This document shows positions 20,979-29,656 of a stretch of DNA of 64,000 nucleotides, piece after piece (the stretch's first letter is position 1; every line of letters begins with the position of its first letter). The notes below the pieces were generated by a model. The model made no database searches and was not told the DNA's origin. It was given only the letters and a program-made list of their open reading frames with translations. The position numbers and the translations under genes are program-made. Source of the DNA: a virus (taxonomy: Duplodnaviria; Caudoviricetes); the IMG/VR virus record IMGVR_UViG_3300026077_000001. One strand, given 5' to 3'.

Positions 20979-21008
20979 TTTTGACTCCAAACTGGACAAC
21001 ATAACAAA

Positions 21009-21082
21009 GTAACTTTGGTTACATCTTGTTCTCTCCAAGTCTACCATTATTTAGACAAAAAGTGTCTGTATTTACTGATACA
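21009..21082. promoter_or_regulatory. Two NtcA-like GTA-N8-TAC palindromes (21009-21022 and 21068-21081) in the divergent intergenic region
   Basis: GTAactttggtTAC and tGTAtttactgaTACa. NtcA consensus is GTA-N8-TAC. Confidence 0.4.
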
Positions 21083-21136
21083 ATTTAATAAAAATTTATG
21101 CCTACGAATAAATACCTACACACTGCATAGGTTCGT

Positions 21137-21220
21137 ATGGTCTGGGTTATCCGTCTATACGTATGGACGGCTATTTTTATTGGCTTAATAAATCTTTCAA
21201 CCTTCGCATATATAGAATGA
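21137..21220 (+). CDS. 27-aa transmembrane microprotein (not in ORF track)
   Basis: MVWVIRLYVWTAIFIGLINLSTFAYIE*. Follows aataaata at ~21107-21114. ATGA overlap with the next ORF. Confidence 0.6.
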   Translation: MVWVIRLYVWTAIFIGLINLSTFAYIE

Positions 21221-21357
21221 TCGTCTGGTCAGTAATTTGGATGGTTGGAATCCTTATCGTAGCGGTAGGGGTGGTTCTCGTATACATATTTCAGTACGAT
21301 AATTGGTATCCTAATTATGGGCAAGATGACACCACCAAGCAGAAAGAGCTGCTATAA
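21217..21357 (+). CDS. 46-aa single-TM microprotein (start revised from 21163)
   Basis: MIVWSVIWMVGILIVAVGVVLVYIFQYDNWYPNY... ATGA coupling. Confidence 0.65.
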   Translation: MIVWSVIWMVGILIVAVGVVLVYIFQYDNWYPNYGQDDTTKQKELL

Positions 21358-21862
21358 CTTTAGAGTAACGGAGATTAATCGTGTTGTTGACGGCGATACT
21401 ATTGATGTCACCATTGATCTTGGGTTTGACTTATACAAGAAAGAAAGAGTTAGAGTTGCAGGAATTGATACGCCAGAAAAAAGAACAAGAGACTTGGAAG
21501 AGAAGGCACTGGGAATAGATGCAACTAATTGGCTCAAAGGAACGTTAGAGGATACTATTAATGGAGATGATGAACTTACTATACGAACCGAACTTAAAGG
21601 TGGTATGGGTAAGTACGGTAGGCTTCTTGGCTGGTTATATGTTGGCGAAGACGATGTATCATTGAATGAACAGATGATCGAAGAAGGTTATGCTTGGGAG
21701 TATGATGGTGGTACAAAGAATAAGAACTTCGAAGAATTAAGAGAGATACGTAAAAAATTAGGTACACTCGTTGAAGAACCGACAGAAGGTGATCCACTTC
21801 CTGAAGTTGGTGATGGATTTGTGGGTGGTACAGGTACATCTAACATTGCAGGTCCATTCTAA
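21317..21862 (+). CDS. Thermonuclease / staphylococcal-nuclease (SNase) family endonuclease
   Basis: RVVDGDTIDV, RVRVAGIDTPE, GKYGRLLG, SLNEQMIEEGYAWEY are SNase catalytic motifs. Confidence 0.9.
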   Translation: MGKMTPPSRKSCYNFRVTEINRVVDGDTIDVTIDLGFDLYKKERVRVAGIDTPEKRTRDLEEKALGIDATNWLKGTLEDTINGDDELTIRTELKGGMGKYGRLLGWLYVGEDDVSLNEQMIEEGYAWEYDGGTKNKNFEELREIRKKLGTLVEEPTEGDPLPEVGDGFVGGTGTSNIAGPF

Positions 21863-21865
21863 TTT

Positions 21866-23515
21866 ATGGCAGAGAACCAGATATATCTTGGTAACCCGAA
21901 TCTAAAGAAAGCAAACGTTGCCACAAACTTCACACCTAAACAGGTGAAGGAGTTTATTAAGTGCAGCAAAGATCCAATCTACTTTATTAAGAAGTATATT
22001 AAGATCGTTTCTTTGGATGAGGGTGTTATCCCATTTAACCTCTATGATTTCCAAGAGGATATGGTGAATCGTTTTCATACCAAACGATTCAATATTGCTA
22101 AGCTTCCAAGACAGTCTGGTAAATCAACGGTTGTAACATCGTATCTACTTTGGTATGTAATTTTTAATCCTAATGTCAACGTCGCAATCCTCGCAAACAA
22201 AGCAGCCACTGCAAGAGAAATGTTGGGTCGCCTACAACTTTCTTATGAGAATCTTCCTAAATGGATGCAGCAAGGTATTATTGGCTGGAACAAAGGGTCA
22301 GTGGAATTGGAGAACGGAAGCCGTCTCTTGGCTGCAAGTACTAGTGCTAGTGCTGTTAGGGGTATGTCCTTTAACGTTATATTTTTGGACGAATTCGCAT
22401 TCGTTCCGAATAATATTGCAGAGCAGTTTTTTAGTTCTGTGTATCCTACTATATCTTCTGGTAAGTCCACAAAGGTTATTATCATTTCTACCCCTCACGG
22501 GATGAATATGTTCTATAAACTCTGGCACGATGCAGAGCGTGGTACAAATGAATACACACATACTGAGGTACATTGGTCTCAGGTTCCAGGCAGAGATGCT
22601 GAATGGAAAGAACAAACCATACGTAATACATCAGAGCAACAGTTCAGAGTTGAGTTCGAATGTGAATTCCTAGGATCTGTTGACACATTAATATCAGCAT
22701 CTAAACTAAGAGCATTAGCTTATGATGATCCTATAACCAGTAGTAAAGGACTTGACGTTTATGAAGACCCTATCCCTGAACATAATTACACAATTACGGT
22801 TGATGTGGCACGAGGTATCGATGGAGATTATAGTGCTTTCACTGTATTTGATACTACTACAATTCCTTATAAATTAGTTGCCAAATATAGAAACAATACA
22901 ATTAAACCCCTTATCTTCCCAGATATTATTGTTGAAGTTGCTAAGGGATATAATGAAGCTTACATATTAATTGAAGTTAATGACGTTGGTGCACAGGTAG
23001 CAGACATCGTTCAGTACGATTTAGAATATGAAAATTTATTGATGTGTGCTATGAGAGGACGTGCTGGTCAGGTAGTAGGTCAAGGGTTCTCAGGTGGTAA
23101 GGTACAACTTGGTGTTAAAATGAGTTCTACCGTGAAGAAGGTAGGGTGTTCTAACCTTAAAGGATTAGTAGAAGACGATAAAATACTTATTAATGATTAC
23201 GATACTATCGCTGAACTAACCACCTTCATTCAAAAGGGTCAATCTTGGCAAGCAGAAGAAGGGTGTCACGATGACATAGCAATGTGTTTGGTTATGTTTG
23301 CGTGGTTATCTGTACAAGATTATTTTAAAGAACTTCACGACAATGATGTTCGTAAGAGAATGTATGAAGAACAGAGAGAAGCAATAGATGCTGATATGGC
23401 TCCATTTGGTTTTATTAGTGACGGTATGGATGATGAATCATTTGTGGATGGAGAAGGAGATCGTTGGCACGTAGATGAATATGGGGATAGAGCATTTATG
23501 TGGGAGTACCGTTGA
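21866..23515 (+). CDS. gp17: Terminase large subunit gp17
   Basis: IYLGNPNLKKAN, Walker A LPRQSGKST, Walker B VIFLDEFAF, TVDVARG, HDDIAMCLV. Confidence 0.98.
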   Translation: MAENQIYLGNPNLKKANVATNFTPKQVKEFIKCSKDPIYFIKKYIKIVSLDEGVIPFNLYDFQEDMVNRFHTKRFNIAKLPRQSGKSTVVTSYLLWYVIFNPNVNVAILANKAATAREMLGRLQLSYENLPKWMQQGIIGWNKGSVELENGSRLLAASTSASAVRGMSFNVIFLDEFAFVPNNIAEQFFSSVYPTISSGKSTKVIIISTPHGMNMFYKLWHDAERGTNEYTHTEVHWSQVPGRDAEWKEQTIRNTSEQQFRVEFECEFLGSVDTLISASKLRALAYDDPITSSKGLDVYEDPIPEHNYTITVDVARGIDGDYSAFTVFDTTTIPYKLVAKYRNNTIKPLIFPDIIVEVAKGYNEAYILIEVNDVGAQVADIVQYDLEYENLLMCAMRGRAGQVVGQGFSGGKVQLGVKMSSTVKKVGCSNLKGLVEDDKILINDYDTIAELTTFIQKGQSWQAEEGCHDDIAMCLVMFAWLSVQDYFKELHDNDVRKRMYEEQREAIDADMAPFGFISDGMDDESFVDGEGDRWHVDEYGDRAFMWEYR

Positions 23516-23527
23516 AACAGAGGGAAT

Positions 23528-23535
23528 CATAAATA
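23528..23535 (+). promoter_or_regulatory. Late promoter (cATAAATA) for gp18
   Basis: TAAATA core in the intergenic region before SD aaggag and the gp18 ATG. Confidence 0.75.
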
Positions 23536-23578
23536 ATTTCAAGACTAATTGATAGAATTTTTCAAGGAGATTTAAACA

Positions 23579-26359
23579 ATGGCATCCACCCAACTTTCGC
23601 CAGGGGTTGTTGTACTTGAAAAGGATCTCACTACAGTGGCTAACGCCACACTTGATAATGTTGCGGTGGTAGTAGGTTCCTTTGAAAAAGGTCCAGTAAA
23701 TAAGATAGTAGATATAACTTCTGAGAAGGAGTTGCTATCTGTATTTGGTAGACCTAACGATTACAACTACGAGTACTGGTACAACGCTGCTCAGTTCCTA
23801 TTGTACGGCGGTACATTAAAAGTTATTCGTGCGAACTCAACCTCGCTTAAGAACGGAATTGATACTGCTCAGACTACATCTTCAACCTTCAGTGCTAGTG
23901 ATACTACACTGACTGTTTCAAGTGCAGCTGATATAGCAGTTGATGATTACCTCTTAATTGACGCTGAGATTGTTAAGGTAACAGTGATTTCTTCACTAGA
24001 CCTAACAGTACAACGTGGACAGCTATCAACTTCTGCAGTTAGTCACGCTGCTTCTTCCTCAATTACATTGATTGAAGATGCTGGCACTTCTACCACAATG
24101 AACCAAGGAGGAACCTTGGCTGCTGGTGGAACAACTCTAACCGTTACATCTGTTGCTTCACTTGGTGTTAGTACAAACGATTACATCAAGATCGCTGATG
24201 AAATTCTAAGAATTTCTGGAATTTCTGGAAACGACTTGACTGTTGCTCGTGGTGCACTAGAGACCACTGCTGCATCTCAAACAGATGGACAGACAGTTAC
24301 TAGATTAGCAGTAACTGCTGCTAAGACCACAATCAACGAGACAACTTCTACAGGTGTTACCGTACCTATCATACGTAACCTTGAAGAGTACGAAGCAAAC
24401 GTTGAGTCTGGTTCTAACGCTTGGAAGTGGGGTTCTAGACATCCAGGTACATACGGTAATTCACTCCGTGTTGTTACTACTGATGCTGGTCCTGATCAAA
24501 TTCTTTCTCTTGCTCAACCAACTAGTGCTGAGTGGGAATTCCAAACAACTGATGCGGTAGCATACAGTGCAGCAAATGCAACTGCTAAGATCTATCGTTA
24601 CACAGTCGTAGCAACTCTTGATGCTCCTTCAATTTCTGGTGATTTTAATACTGGAGAATTTTGGAGAGCAGAGACTGATGCAGCATCACCTGTAGGTATT
24701 GCAGTACAAGGTACTGTAACTGCATATGATCCTATCACTCGCAAGATTGAACTTGCTGTCAATTACTCTCTATCATCTGACGTTCTTGAAGTCGGTGATG
24801 TTATTGCTCTTTGGACTGCTGCTTCTGGTGGATCTAAGACTGGAGACAAGGCAAAGGTAAGTGTCATCAACCGTCAGCTACACATTATTAAAGATTCAAA
24901 CGCTAATAGATTCGAACCAAACTACACCATCGAAGATGACAATGGTGGTGGTTCACCAAATATAACTGTTGCTGCTGTACGCTCTGAGTATGATGAGCGT
25001 TATTTCGGTGGTAGTCAGAAATGGAACGCAGTTGCTCCACGTCCTACAACCTCACCTTGGGTTGCTGATCGTGGTGGTGCTGATGACCAAATGCATATCA
25101 TCATCCTCGATGGAGATGGAAAACTAACTGGTACTCCTGGATCTGTTCTTGAGAAGTTCCTCTTTGTATCTAAAGCATCTGATGCTAAAGGTGTTCAAGG
25201 AGAGACAATCTACTATAAGGATGTCATTAAGAACAATTCACAGTACATATACTGGGGATCACACGAGACCTCAGAGTTGTATGATGTAAATGGATCTGCT
25301 AACGGAGATTGGGGACAATCAGGTATTGGTACCCAGTTCGATTTGATTAAGCAACAATTACCAATCAAAACGAATGAAACATCTCTAGGTAGAGAAATCA
25401 TCGGTACAACAAATGGTTCAACTGTCAAGCACACCATACAAGGTGGTGTTGATGGTTATACCTTAGCACGTGGAGAGATCCTAGCTGCATTTGACCTTGT
25501 TGCTGACAAAGAAACTATTGATGTTGACTACATCCTAATGGGTCCATCATTGGCAGACACCAGCGACACTGTTGCAAAAGCACAAAAGATCATTGACATC
25601 GCTGCTACACGTAAAGATTGTATGGCATTTATCTCTCCATCACGTGCAGATGTGATTGGACAGAGCGATACCAACGTCATAGTAAATCGTACGATTGATT
25701 TCTTCGATCAGTTATCTTCTACTTCTTACGCTGTATTTGATAACAACTACAAGTACATCTATGACAAGTACAACGACAAGTATCGTTATATTGCTTGTAA
25801 CGCTGACCTTGCAGGACTAACATTAAGCACAACTCTGAATTCAGAAGCTTGGTTCTCACCTGCAGGATTCAATAGAGGTCAGTTAAGGAACGCAATTAAA
25901 TTAGCATATTCTCCTCTAAAAGATCATAGAGATCGCTTGTATGCTGCACGTATTAACCCAGTAGTAGCATTCCCTGGTGAGGGTATCGTACTATTCGGTG
26001 ATAAGACTGCACTATCTTACCAGTCTGCATTCGACAGAATTAACGTTCGTCGTTTGTTCTTGGTACTAGAAGATGCTATCTCAGAAGCAGCTAAGACACA
26101 ACTATTCGAATTGAATGACGAGTTCACTCGTGCTTCATTCAAGAATATTGTGGAACCATTCCTACGTAGTGTTCAGTCACGTCGTGGTGTAGTGGACTTC
26201 CTAGTTGTTTGCGACAGCAGCAACAACCCACCCGAAGCAATTGATCGTGGGGAATTCTTTGCGGAGATATTCGTGAAGCCTACGAGGTCGATCAATTACA
26301 TCACACTTACCTTCACTGCTACTAGAACTGGTTCTAGTTTCGCTGAAGTAACTAGCTGA
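23579..26359 (+). CDS. gp18: Tail sheath protein gp18 (926 aa, enlarged by insertion domains)
   Basis: LSPGVVVLEKDLT, FSPAGFNRGQLRN, FGDKTAL...FDRINVRRLF, FVKPTRSINYITLTF. Confidence 0.97.
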   Translation: MASTQLSPGVVVLEKDLTTVANATLDNVAVVVGSFEKGPVNKIVDITSEKELLSVFGRPNDYNYEYWYNAAQFLLYGGTLKVIRANSTSLKNGIDTAQTTSSTFSASDTTLTVSSAADIAVDDYLLIDAEIVKVTVISSLDLTVQRGQLSTSAVSHAASSSITLIEDAGTSTTMNQGGTLAAGGTTLTVTSVASLGVSTNDYIKIADEILRISGISGNDLTVARGALETTAASQTDGQTVTRLAVTAAKTTINETTSTGVTVPIIRNLEEYEANVESGSNAWKWGSRHPGTYGNSLRVVTTDAGPDQILSLAQPTSAEWEFQTTDAVAYSAANATAKIYRYTVVATLDAPSISGDFNTGEFWRAETDAASPVGIAVQGTVTAYDPITRKIELAVNYSLSSDVLEVGDVIALWTAASGGSKTGDKAKVSVINRQLHIIKDSNANRFEPNYTIEDDNGGGSPNITVAAVRSEYDERYFGGSQKWNAVAPRPTTSPWVADRGGADDQMHIIILDGDGKLTGTPGSVLEKFLFVSKASDAKGVQGETIYYKDVIKNNSQYIYWGSHETSELYDVNGSANGDWGQSGIGTQFDLIKQQLPIKTNETSLGREIIGTTNGSTVKHTIQGGVDGYTLARGEILAAFDLVADKETIDVDYILMGPSLADTSDTVAKAQKIIDIAATRKDCMAFISPSRADVIGQSDTNVIVNRTIDFFDQLSSTSYAVFDNNYKYIYDKYNDKYRYIACNADLAGLTLSTTLNSEAWFSPAGFNRGQLRNAIKLAYSPLKDHRDRLYAARINPVVAFPGEGIVLFGDKTALSYQSAFDRINVRRLFLVLEDAISEAAKTQLFELNDEFTRASFKNIVEPFLRSVQSRRGVVDFLVVCDSSNNPPEAIDRGEFFAEIFVKPTRSINYITLTFTATRTGSSFAEVTS

Positions 26360-26390
26360 TTTCAAGAGAACTAATTAAGGAGACACACAA

Positions 26391-27062
26391 ATGGCAGAAT
26401 CACAACCAGGACAGGTAGAACAATCGGCGGTCAGAGCCCCGATTTTCTCCTTCCGTGACCAAGTAAGGGACTTTGCTCGTCCCAATCTGTTCCAATGTGA
26501 GATCTATGCACCTCCTGTCCTACAGGATGGAGTAACACCACAGTCAGGTGGTGTATCAGGATCATCATCAGAAGGAGTAGAGAACGCAGCAGGAGGATCA
26601 CAACTCAATGCATCAGAAGCATCTGCTTTTGGTACCTTCCTTGTGAAGGCAGCAAACATTCCAGCATCTACTGTTGGAGTTGTTGAGGTTCCCTATCGTG
26701 GACGTATGCTTAAGATTGCTGGAGACCGTAACTTTGAACCTTGGACTGTAACCGTACTTAACGACCAGTCATTTAAGTTCAGAGCATTCTTCGAATCTTG
26801 GTCAACAAACATCCAAGCATTGCAACAGAATTTCCAGAACTCTAACACCATCGCTGATTATCAGGCAATGGCAAAGGTTAGACAGATGGATAGAAAAGGA
26901 AAGATCATTCGTACCTATAGGTTCGAAGGTATTTGGCCATCTAATATCAGTGCTATTGATTTAGATTGGGGTAACAATGACACACCAGAAGAGTATACTG
27001 TAGAGTTCCAAGTTCAGTACTGGACATACGATACAGACATCAACACTGGTAACGCTGGATAA
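26391..27062 (+). CDS. gp19: Tail tube protein gp19
   Basis: ARPNLFQCEI, VPYRGRMLKIAGDRNFEPWTVTVLND, WPSNISAIDLDW, EFQVQYW. Confidence 0.96.
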   Translation: MAESQPGQVEQSAVRAPIFSFRDQVRDFARPNLFQCEIYAPPVLQDGVTPQSGGVSGSSSEGVENAAGGSQLNASEASAFGTFLVKAANIPASTVGVVEVPYRGRMLKIAGDRNFEPWTVTVLNDQSFKFRAFFESWSTNIQALQQNFQNSNTIADYQAMAKVRQMDRKGKIIRTYRFEGIWPSNISAIDLDWGNNDTPEEYTVEFQVQYWTYDTDINTGNAG

Positions 27063-27108
27063 GCGGTTCACAACCCTGCTAAATAGTAGGTCAGACAAAA
27101 CGAGATAG

Positions 27109-28734
27109 ATGTCACAACTTTTTGGTTATTCTCTTGAACGAGCGAAGAAGGGTCAGGCTACTGGCCCTTCTTTCGTGCGTAAAGAGTCAGATGATGCGGC
27201 TACACCAGTCGCAGGTGGAGGGTACTTTGGTACCGCCATTGATCTTGATGGAACATTTAAAGATGAGAATGATCTCATCCGTCGTTATCGCTCTATGTCA
27301 ATTCATCCTGAATGTGACAGAGCAATCGATGATGTGGTCAATGAAGCAATTGCAGGTGATGTAGATGATACACCTGTAGAAGTAGAACTAAGTAATTTAA
27401 AAGTCGGTGCTGGAATTAAGAAGCAAATCAGAGAAGAGTTTGTAAACTGTCTGAGACTTCTTGATTTTGACAAGATGGCATATGATATTTTTAGACGTTG
27501 GTATATTGATGGGAAGTTATACTATCATAAAGTAATTGATGTTAAGAATCCCCGTGGTGGAATCACGGAACTTAGGTATGTGGATCCTCGTAAGATTCGC
27601 AAAGTCGTGGAGATGGAGAACAAGAAGGATAAACAACATCTTGATCCACGTACACTAGAAGCTAACTTAGCTCCTAAGACTGCAGAGTACTACGTGTACA
27701 ATCCCAAGGGGATGCGTGCAGGTATGGAGACTTCTGGTATGAAGATTGCACCTGATGCAATTTCTTTCTGCCACAGTGGTTTGAAAGATATGAATAAGAA
27801 TGTGATTATGTCACATTTGCACAAGGCAATTAAAGCACTTAACCAGCTGAGGATGATTGAAGACTCGCTGGTTATCTATCGTTTGAGCCGTGCACCAGAA
27901 CGTCGTATTTTCTACATTGATGTAGGAAATCTTCCAAAGCAAAAAGCAGAACAGTACCTCCGTGAGGTAATGTCTCGCTATAGAAACAAGTTAGTATACA
28001 ACGCAGATACAGGAGAAATAAGAGATGACAGAAAATTTATGTCAATGCTCGAAGACTTCTGGTTACCCAGAAGAGAAGGAGGACGAGGTACTGAAATCAC
28101 TACGCTCCCAGGTGGACAAAATCTTGGAGAACTTGAGGATGTCAAGTACTTCCAAAAGAAACTATACCGTGCATTAAACGTTCCAGAGTCACGGTTAGAA
28201 TCTGATTCAACATTTAATTTAGGTCGTGCTGCTGAGATCACACGAGATGAAATTAAATTCCAAAAGTTTGTCACAAGATTGAGGAAGAAGTTCAGTTATC
28301 TATTCCACGATCTACTTAAGACACAATTAGTTCTGAAAGGTATCATCAGTCTTGAGGACTGGGATGATATGTCAGAACACATCCAGTACAACTTCATTGC
28401 TGACAACTACTTCGCTGAACTGAAGGAGAAAGAGATGCTTACTGAGCGTCTAAACCTAGTCACTGCAATGGATCCATTTGCTGGCCGTTACTTCTCACTT
28501 GAATATATCCGTCGTCATATTCTTAGACATACTGACGCAGAGATCAATGAGATTGACGAACAGATTGAGGATGAAATCGAGAAGGGTGTCTTACCAGATC
28601 CCGCAACGATTGACCCTGCCACTGGTATGCCTATCGAAGATCCTGCAGCTATGGAAGGCGAAGGGATGGAAGAAGAGGCTCCAATTGGCATAGATAATGT
28701 AGAACCTGCGGACTATAAACGTGGGGAATTCTAA
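27109..28734 (+). CDS. gp20: Portal vertex protein gp20
   Basis: FRRWYIDG, IYRLSRAPERRIFYIDVGNLPK, EDFWLPRREGGRGTEITTLPGGQNLG. Late promoter at 27080. Confidence 0.98.
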   Translation: MSQLFGYSLERAKKGQATGPSFVRKESDDAATPVAGGGYFGTAIDLDGTFKDENDLIRRYRSMSIHPECDRAIDDVVNEAIAGDVDDTPVEVELSNLKVGAGIKKQIREEFVNCLRLLDFDKMAYDIFRRWYIDGKLYYHKVIDVKNPRGGITELRYVDPRKIRKVVEMENKKDKQHLDPRTLEANLAPKTAEYYVYNPKGMRAGMETSGMKIAPDAISFCHSGLKDMNKNVIMSHLHKAIKALNQLRMIEDSLVIYRLSRAPERRIFYIDVGNLPKQKAEQYLREVMSRYRNKLVYNADTGEIRDDRKFMSMLEDFWLPRREGGRGTEITTLPGGQNLGELEDVKYFQKKLYRALNVPESRLESDSTFNLGRAAEITRDEIKFQKFVTRLRKKFSYLFHDLLKTQLVLKGIISLEDWDDMSEHIQYNFIADNYFAELKEKEMLTERLNLVTAMDPFAGRYFSLEYIRRHILRHTDAEINEIDEQIEDEIEKGVLPDPATIDPATGMPIEDPAAMEGEGMEEEAPIGIDNVEPADYKRGEF

Positions 28735-28756
28735 ATAATACTGATGAGGACTTATT

Positions 28757-28972
28757 ATGCCTAGCATTCCAGCTACTGAAATTGTTGACAAACTGTTTTC
28801 CGATAAAAAGGATTTAAGCGGTGAAGTTAATGATGCAATGATGGCACTCTCTCAAGATGCTCTAGATCAGAGAAGACAAGAGATTGCAAAAGATTGGTTA
28901 AAAGATTCTGAACCTGAAACTGAAGTAACACCAGAGGAGACACCTAATGAAACTGATAACGGAACAGATTGA
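28757..28972 (+). CDS. Small acidic protein between gp20 and gp21 (position of T4 prohead core proteins)
   Basis: Late promoter at 28732, SD gagg. Acidic helical sequence. Assignment by synteny only. Confidence 0.65.
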   Translation: MPSIPATEIVDKLFSDKKDLSGEVNDAMMALSQDALDQRRQEIAKDWLKDSEPETEVTPEETPNETDNGTD

Positions 28973-29600
28973 AGACATTCAAGTACTTGAAGAGAGTACA
29001 AAGAGTGGTAAGAAAAATCTGTATATCGAAGGCACGTTTCTCCAAGGCGAGATTAAAAATCGCAATGGAAGGATGTATCCTATGGCTACTCTCCGAAGAG
29101 AAGTTGGTAAATACAACGAAAGCTTCGTTAAGTCAGGTAGAGCACTTGGAGAACTCGGTCACCCCGAAGGTCCAACAGTTAACCTAGATAGAGTATCTCA
29201 TCTAATCACATCTTTGCAAGAAGATGGAACAAACTTCAAAGGAAGAGCACGTATCCTTGAGACCCCTATGGGTAACATTGCTAGGTCTCTTTTAGGAGAA
29301 GGAGTCAAATTAGGGGTATCCTCACGCGGGATTGGATCCCTAAGAAGGACTAGTGAAGGTGTAAATGTTGTCGCTGATGACTTTATGCTTGCCACTGCTG
29401 CTGATATTGTGGCAGATCCCAGTGCACCAGACGCTTTTGTGTCTGGAATAATGGAAGGAAAGGAGTGGGTCTGGGAGAATAATCTTCTCAAAGAACGTGA
29501 ACTCCGCACAATTAAGCAAGGTTTGGACAATGCTCCAAACGCAAAAGTAATCGAAGAGATGAAAGTTTCCGCATTCGCAAAACTTATGAACTCTCTATAG
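28947..29600 (+). CDS. gp21: Prohead protease gp21
   Basis: MKLITE, NRNGRMYP, ALGELGHP, LGVSSRGIGSL, DIVADPSAPDAFV. Confidence 0.97.
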   Translation: MKLITEQIEDIQVLEESTKSGKKNLYIEGTFLQGEIKNRNGRMYPMATLRREVGKYNESFVKSGRALGELGHPEGPTVNLDRVSHLITSLQEDGTNFKGRARILETPMGNIARSLLGEGVKLGVSSRGIGSLRRTSEGVNVVADDFMLATAADIVADPSAPDAFVSGIMEGKEWVWENNLLKERELRTIKQGLDNAPNAKVIEEMKVSAFAKLMNSL

Positions 29601-29602
29601 AT

Positions 29603-29610
29603 TATAAATA
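29603..29610 (+). promoter_or_regulatory. Late promoter TATAAATA for gp22-gp23
   Basis: Exact T4 late consensus. Confidence 0.85.
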
Positions 29611-29656
29611 TTTTTTAGATTAATTCCAGTAAGAATTTATTAAGGAGACAAAACTA

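Noticed and set aside
21115-21180. Possible small RNA (late promoter, then ccgtct...ggacgg hairpin, then T-run)
   Set aside because: The same bases form a 27-aa TM ORF (21137-21220) with ATGA coupling to the next gene, which explains the region more simply.
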